Assembly (NCBI RefSeq): GCF_009914755.1
Contig: NC_060929.1
DNA length: 64,000 bases
Source of the DNA: the human T2T-CHM13v2.0 reference genome, Homo sapiens
Reading direction: 5' to 3' (one strand)
The notes below the pieces were generated by a model that saw only the letters and a list, made by a program, of their open reading frames with translations, was not told where the DNA came from and did no database searches. The number at the start of each line of letters is the position of its first letter. Positions within the stretch are counted from its first letter, which is position 1. The translations under genes were made by a program, and so were the position numbers. Shown here piece after piece: positions 58,964 through 64,000 of this stretch.

Positions 58964-60103
58964 TGTGGTAGACTGAAAAGGAGCCCCCAGATATGTCCAC
59001 ATTCTAATCCCCAGAATCTGTGGATGTTGCTCTACATGGCAGAAGGGATTTTACAGATGTGATAAGTTAAGAATCATGAGGTGGGGAGAGTATCCTGAAT
59101 TATTGGGGTGGGCCAATAGTCCTTATAGGAGGAACCCAGGAGAAGTCAGAGTTAGAGAAGAGGGCAATGTCATTGTTATGGGTGGGACTTTGTTCTTAGA
59201 GCTCCCAAGATGGTGGCAGGCCACTCCCAAGATGGCAGCAAGCCTTTTGTTCTCTGACCTGGGGTTCTTGGCCTCACGGATTCCAAGGAATGGAACCTTG
59301 TGCCATGCAGTGAGTGTTATAGCTCCATTAGAAGTCGTGGGTCATGGAAGAGAACTGTGGAACCCAGCAACTAGTGTTCATTCAGCTCAATTAAGATGAA
59401 CCCTGGGCCCTTAGCCATGCAGGAACAATGGTGAGCCTCTAGCCTGATCAGGAGTGGCAACGGGTGCCTCGCTGGATCAGAAGCACAGCAGACACCCTGC
59501 TGGATCTGGAGGGGTTGATGTCAGCAGTGGGTCTGTGATGGCGGAAAACAGCAGTGGTGGACAGTGAGCGAAAGCTCAGCTCAAGCCGTAACAAACACGG
59601 ACCAGAACAGTGTGCAGTTGCAAGATTTAATAGAGTGAAAACAGAGCTCCCATACAATGGGAGGGGACCCAAAGGGGGTTGCCACTTCCAGCTCAAATGC
59701 CTGGGGTTTATATCCCAACTATTGTCCCTCTCCCTGTGCTCGCAGGCAATAGATGATTTGATTATTTCTTTACCTCCTGTTTTTAGCCTAATTAGTATTT
59801 TAGTGAGCTCTCTTTACTACCTGATTGGTCGGGTGTGAGGTGAGTTACAGGCCCCGTGTTTAAAGGTGGGTGTATTCACCTTCCCCAGCTAGGCTTAGGA
59901 ATTCTTAGTTGGCTTAGGAAATCCAGCTAGTCCTGCCTCTCATCATGACAGAAGCACAGATTGGAGTGATGCACTTTGCAACAGGTATGCTTTAGCCCAG
60001 CAAATCTGATTTTGGACTACTAACTTCCGAAACTAAGAGTTGTGTTGTTTTAAGCCATTAAATTTGTGGTAATTTGTTACAGAGAACATAAGAAACTAGT
60101 ACA
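58964..60103 (+). mobile_element. MLT1D LTR split by LTR17
   Basis: TGTGGTAGACTGAAA...CCCAGATATGTCCACATTCTAATCCCCAGAATCTGTG ... GTAATTTGTTACAG...AACTAGTACA; TSD GCCTT/GCCCT. Confidence 0.88.
59174..59942 (-). mobile_element. HERV-W solo LTR (LTR17), full length (769 bp)
   Basis: Minus strand starts TGAGAGGCAGGACTAGCTGGATTTCCTAAGCC; CCAAT box, GGGATATAAACCCC TATA, ATTAAA poly(A) signal; ends CCCATAACA; perfect 4-bp TSD TCAT. Confidence 0.95.
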
Positions 60104-60760
60104 GCCCTTAAAAGTGTACGTAGGAGGAAATTTATGACACTAAATGCCTCAGCTTTAGCCTATGAAAGTAGGAAGAAAAAATACTCAAAGTAAATCCAAA
60201 GTAAGCAGAAAAAAGGAAATAGTAAAGGTCAGAGCAGAAATCAATGAAGTAGAAAACAGAAAACAATAGAGAAAAATCAATGAAATTAAAAATTGGTTCT
60301 CTGAGAAGATCCATAGAATTGATAAACCAAATTGATTAGGAAAAAAATATGTAACAAATGACCAATATCAGGAATGAGAGAAATGACATCACTACAGTTT
60401 CTACAGATACTAAAAGAACAATAAGGAAATATTACATATGACTTTGGGCCAATAAATTGAACAACTTAGATGATAAAATGAACAAACCCCCAAAACTACC
60501 AATGCTTACTCAGGAAGAAATAGATAATTTACATAGCCCTGTTTCTATTAAAAAAATTAAATTTGTAGTGAAATACCCTCCCCCAAGAAACCTCCAGGGC
60601 CATATGTCTTTACAAAATTCTATCAAACATTTAAGGAAGAAATAATACCAATTCTATACAAACTCTGCTAGAAAATGGAAGAGAATGGAATACTCTCTAA
60701 CTCATTCTATTAGACCAGCATGACCTTGATACCAAAAACAGGCAGTTATTATAAGAAAAC

Positions 60761-61216
60761 TGTCACACGTGTCCATGTGAAGAGAGTCCACCAACAGGCT
60801 TTGTGTGAGCAACAAGGCTGTTTATTTCACCTGGGTGCAGGCGGGCTGAGTCTGAAAAAGGAGTCAGCAAAGGGTGGTGGGATTATCATTAGTTCTTATA
60901 GGTTTGGGATTGGCATACAAAGTACATTCTCAAGGGCAGGGAGAATATTACAAAGTACCTTCTTAAGGGTGGGGGAGAATATTACAAAGTACCTGCTTAA
61001 GGGCAGGGTAGAATATTACAAAGTACCTTCTTAAGGGCAGGAGAGACTATATCGTATCAGTTAGGGTGGGGCAGGAACAAATCACAATGGTGGAATGTCA
61101 TCAGTTAAGGCTATTTTCACTTCTTTTTTGGATCTACAGTTGCTTCAGGCCATCTGGATATATACGTGCTGGTCACTGGGGATATGATGGCTTAGCTTGC
61201 GCTCAGAGGCCTGACA
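60761..61216 (-). mobile_element. HERV-H 3' LTR (LTR7 family, type II / LTR7B-C-like)
   Basis: Minus strand TGTCAGGCCTCTGAGCGCAAGCTAAGCCATCATATCCCC...TATAAGAACTAATGATAATCCCACC...AATAAACAGCC...GTGTGACA; polypurine tract AAGACGACAGGAA immediately upstream. Confidence 0.96.
60916..61050. repeat. Four 33-34-bp tandem units in the LTR7 U3
   Basis: TACAAAGTAC at 60916, 60949, 60983 and 61017. Confidence 0.93.
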
Positions 61217-61469
61217 TTCCTGTCGTCTTATATTAATAAGAAAAACAAAACGAAAGAGTGGTGAAGTGTTGGGGAAGCAAAAATTTTTGGGGGTGGTATG
61301 GAGAGATAATGGGCAATGTTTCTCAGGGCTGCTTTGAGTGGGATTAGGGGCAGTATGGGAACCTAGAGTGGGAGAGATTAAACTGAAGAAAGATTTTGGG
61401 GTAAGGGGTGATATTGTGGGGTTGTTAGAAGGAGCATTTGTCATATAGAAACTAAATGGAAGACACAAG

Positions 61470-61920
61470 TTCTGAATAAGAGAAGGAGAAAAACAGGTAT
61501 TAAAGGACTAAGAATTGGGAGGACCCAGGACATCCAATTACAGAGTGCCCAAGGGGGTTCAGCATAATTATTTGCTTGGTTGGCGAGTTTTTGGGCTCTA
61601 TCCTTGAGTTTTTTTATGTTGTCATATACCGGGCCAGGTTGATTTAGGTAAAAAAAAAAAACAAAACAAAAAACTCTTCATTTAAAAATATACAGAGTCC
61701 TCCTTTTTCAGCAGTGAGTAAATTGAGGCCTCGGCGATTTTGGAGGAAAGAGAAATGCAAAGCCAGCAATTGTTTGTTAAAGAAGGATTAGAAATGGCTA
61801 AGAGAGAGTGAGTGAGATTGATAGTGTGGTGGAGATAGCTGGGGAGAGGTAGAGGGTGGCACAAGAACAGGAATGAGAATAAGAGTGAGTATAAAAGTAA
61901 AGAATAGGACCTCATCAGGG
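61470..61920 (-). pseudogene. env: HERV-H env remnant: N-terminus fused to transmembrane subunit fragment
   Basis: YLHHTINLTHSLL..SNPSLTNNCWLCISLSS joined out of frame to LQNRRGLNLLTAEKGGLCIFLNEE, then YLNQPGPVYDNIKKLKDRAQKLANQA. Confidence 0.88.
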
Positions 61921-62339
61921 TGGAAGTATTGGAGCGTGCCCTGTCAGCAGAGATCATCCATCCACTCCTCCACTCCAAGAGGGAGTCAAGAGTGGCAGAT
62001 TGGGGATAGTACCAGGAGATATCTGCTACGATGGTTTGGAGGAAAAGTGTAAACTGGCAGTGTAAACAAGGGCAGGGCATTTATGAGTAGTTGAGAATGG
62101 TGAATAGGAGTATGACTAGACAGAAGATAGAAGGGATGACAAGTTTTTGGGGTACAGTCCAAGTAGTGGGTGGGGGTGACTGTGTAAAGCCCTGTTGTAA
62201 AGAGTAGGATAAGGAAGATGAGACTTAATAAAAATGAAAGGATGTATTAGGCTTATAAGGGTTACTATTATCCTTTAGGAATGCGGGTGAGTTTAAGGAA
62301 AGTAAGGGTGAGTACTTGCGACTTCCAGGAGGAAGAGGA

Positions 62340-64000
62340 GAGATCAGGCTGGCTGTTCAACAGACACAGCTTTATTCTGGCGTGATGAACCTAATGGTGG
62401 GTGGGTTCCTGCCGACAAACAGCCACTGGGGTACTATAGATGACTAAGTGGGGTCCAATCCACCGAGGTTGTAGAGTTTGAGGGGTCAGATTCTTAACAA
62501 GAACTGATTGTCCAGCTAGGGTGTCTTCATATGGCTGGGAATCTGGAGTAGGCAAGAGAAGATTAGCAGCCTGGCGAATTTCCTGTCTAGCCTGCTGGAG
62601 GACTTGAAGATAGTCGCTCAGAGGGCTGGAGTCTGGGACGTGGTTGGGGCCGAGCAAGAAAGTGCGTCCATATAAAAGTTCAAATGGACTGTACCCTGTA
62701 GCATCTCAAGGACAGGCTCTAATTCTGAGAAGGGCGAGAGGTAAAAGTACTGTCCAGTCCTGGCCATGAGGAACAGAAGTTGGAACGCCAGCTGCTTCTT
62801 CAGCTATCTTATCAGCATAAGCATTGCCTTGAGCAATGGGATCTGATGCCTTTTGATGGTCCTTGCAGTGAATGACTCCAGCTTCCCTTGGAAGTAAAGT
62901 GGCCTTGAGAAGAGTTTTCATTAAGGAGGCATTAATGATGGAGGACTCTTGTGTAGTGAGGAAATTTCTTTCAGTCCACGTAACAGCATGGTGGTGCAGG
63001 ATATGGAAGGCATATTTAGAGTCAGTATAAATATTGATGCGTAGTCCCTTTGCAAGAGTGAGGGCCCAAGTTAAGGCAATGAGTTTGGCTTGCTGAGAGG
63101 TAGTGGAGGGGGGCAGAGCAGTAGCCTCAATGATAGATGTGGAAGATACTATAGCATAGCCTGCCTTTGCTGGTGAGTGGCAATTAGGCCTGGTGGAACT
63201 GCCATCAATAAACCAAGTGTGATCAGGATGAGGAACAGGAAAGAAGGAAATATGGATAAATGGAGTGAATGCCAGGTGGATCAGAGAGATACAGTCATGG
63301 GGGTCAGGTGTGATATCCGGGATAATGTGGGAGGCCGGACTGAAGTCCAGGCCAGGAACAATGGTAACTGTGGGAGACTCAACAAAGAGTTAGTATAGCT
63401 GAAGGAGCCAGGGAGCAGAAAGTATATGTGTCAGGTGTGAGGAAGAAAATAGATTTTTGAAGTTATGAGAACTGTAGAGAGTGAGTTGAGCATAGTTTGT
63501 GATTTTGAGGGCCTCTAAAAGTATTAAAGTAGTGGCAGCTGCCACACATAGACATGAGGGCTAGGCTAAAAGAGTAAGGTCAAGTTGTTTGGACAGAAAG
63601 GCTACAGGGCATGGTCCTGGCTGTTGTGTAAGAATTCTGACCACACAACCCTGCACTTCGGCTGTGTGTAATGAAAAAAGTTGGGATGAGTTAGGGAGAG
63701 CTAGTGTGGGAGCAGCTTTTAGGGCTGTTTATTAAGGAATGGAAAGGGGAGTGGGGAAAGGATTTAGGATTTACAGGGTCAGCTAGGTTTATCTAGAACA
63801 GAATAATGGATTGTGGAGGGAGGTATTGAGGATAGGAGAGTATATGGGTTTGGCACCACGGGGTGGATAGGCAAGACAATTTGGTTGATAAGGCACAGAT
63901 CCTGAACTAACCTGTAAGACTTGTCCAGTTTTTGGACAGGTAAGATAGGGGAGTTTGTAGGCTTTAGAAGCCCATGCTGTAACAGGTGAGTGATAACAGG
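62340..64000 (-). pseudogene. pol: HERV-H pol remnant: RT N-terminus, RNase H, integrase C-terminus; RT core and integrase core deleted
   Basis: SPILPVQKLDKSYRLVQDL..PVVPNPYTLLSSIPPS..YSVLD; IYTDSKYAF, VIHCKDHQK..GNAYAD; GYSPFELLYGR, PRWIGPHLVI. Confidence 0.92.

Larger units (their letters stand above)
57430..60760 (+). mobile_element. Ancient L1M ORF2 N-terminal (endonuclease) remnant hosting multiple nested insertions
   Basis: MKQKLTELQE..NKNIEDLNNAINQHDLIYFYRTHHPK; later LTQEEIDNL; interrupted at 57585-58150, 58964-60103 and 60761. Confidence 0.9.
61217..64000 (-). mobile_element. HERV-H internal region (3' half), deleted and defective; continues beyond the window
   Basis: env and pol remnants in gammaretroviral order upstream of the 3' LTR. 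Confidence 0.96.

Noticed and set aside
59202-59245. Short direct repeat CTCCCAAGATGG
   Set aside because: As recalled, a normal feature of the LTR17 U5 region.

Overview
Primate, most likely human, non-genic genomic DNA. Alu J/S elements, THE1/MST, a HERV-W LTR17 and HERV-H are all present. There is no CpG island and no credible intact protein-coding gene. More than half of the window is interspersed repeat: about 28 Alu/FLAM/FRAM copies, old L1M/L1PB and L2/MIR fragments, many MaLR/ERVL/ERV1 solo LTRs (several with readable target-site duplications, TSDs), and hAT and mariner MITEs. Recognisable gene-derived sequence is limited to a disabled processed pseudogene of SNRPB2 (U2B'') at ~19.75-20.55 kb on the minus strand, and the 3' half of a deleted HERV-H provirus (3' LTR, env and pol remnants) running off the right end. 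The most unusual observations are an 82-bp second copy of the SNRPB2 retrocopy sitting inside a neighbouring L1, a 292-bp orphan insert inside an MLT1A LTR, a 96-bp tandem duplication anchored on a MADE1 end, and a deeply nested L1/LTR stack at 57-64 kb. I found no support for a new multi-gene system. Repeat subfamily names come from recalled consensus sequences and need RepeatMasker/Dfam confirmation.
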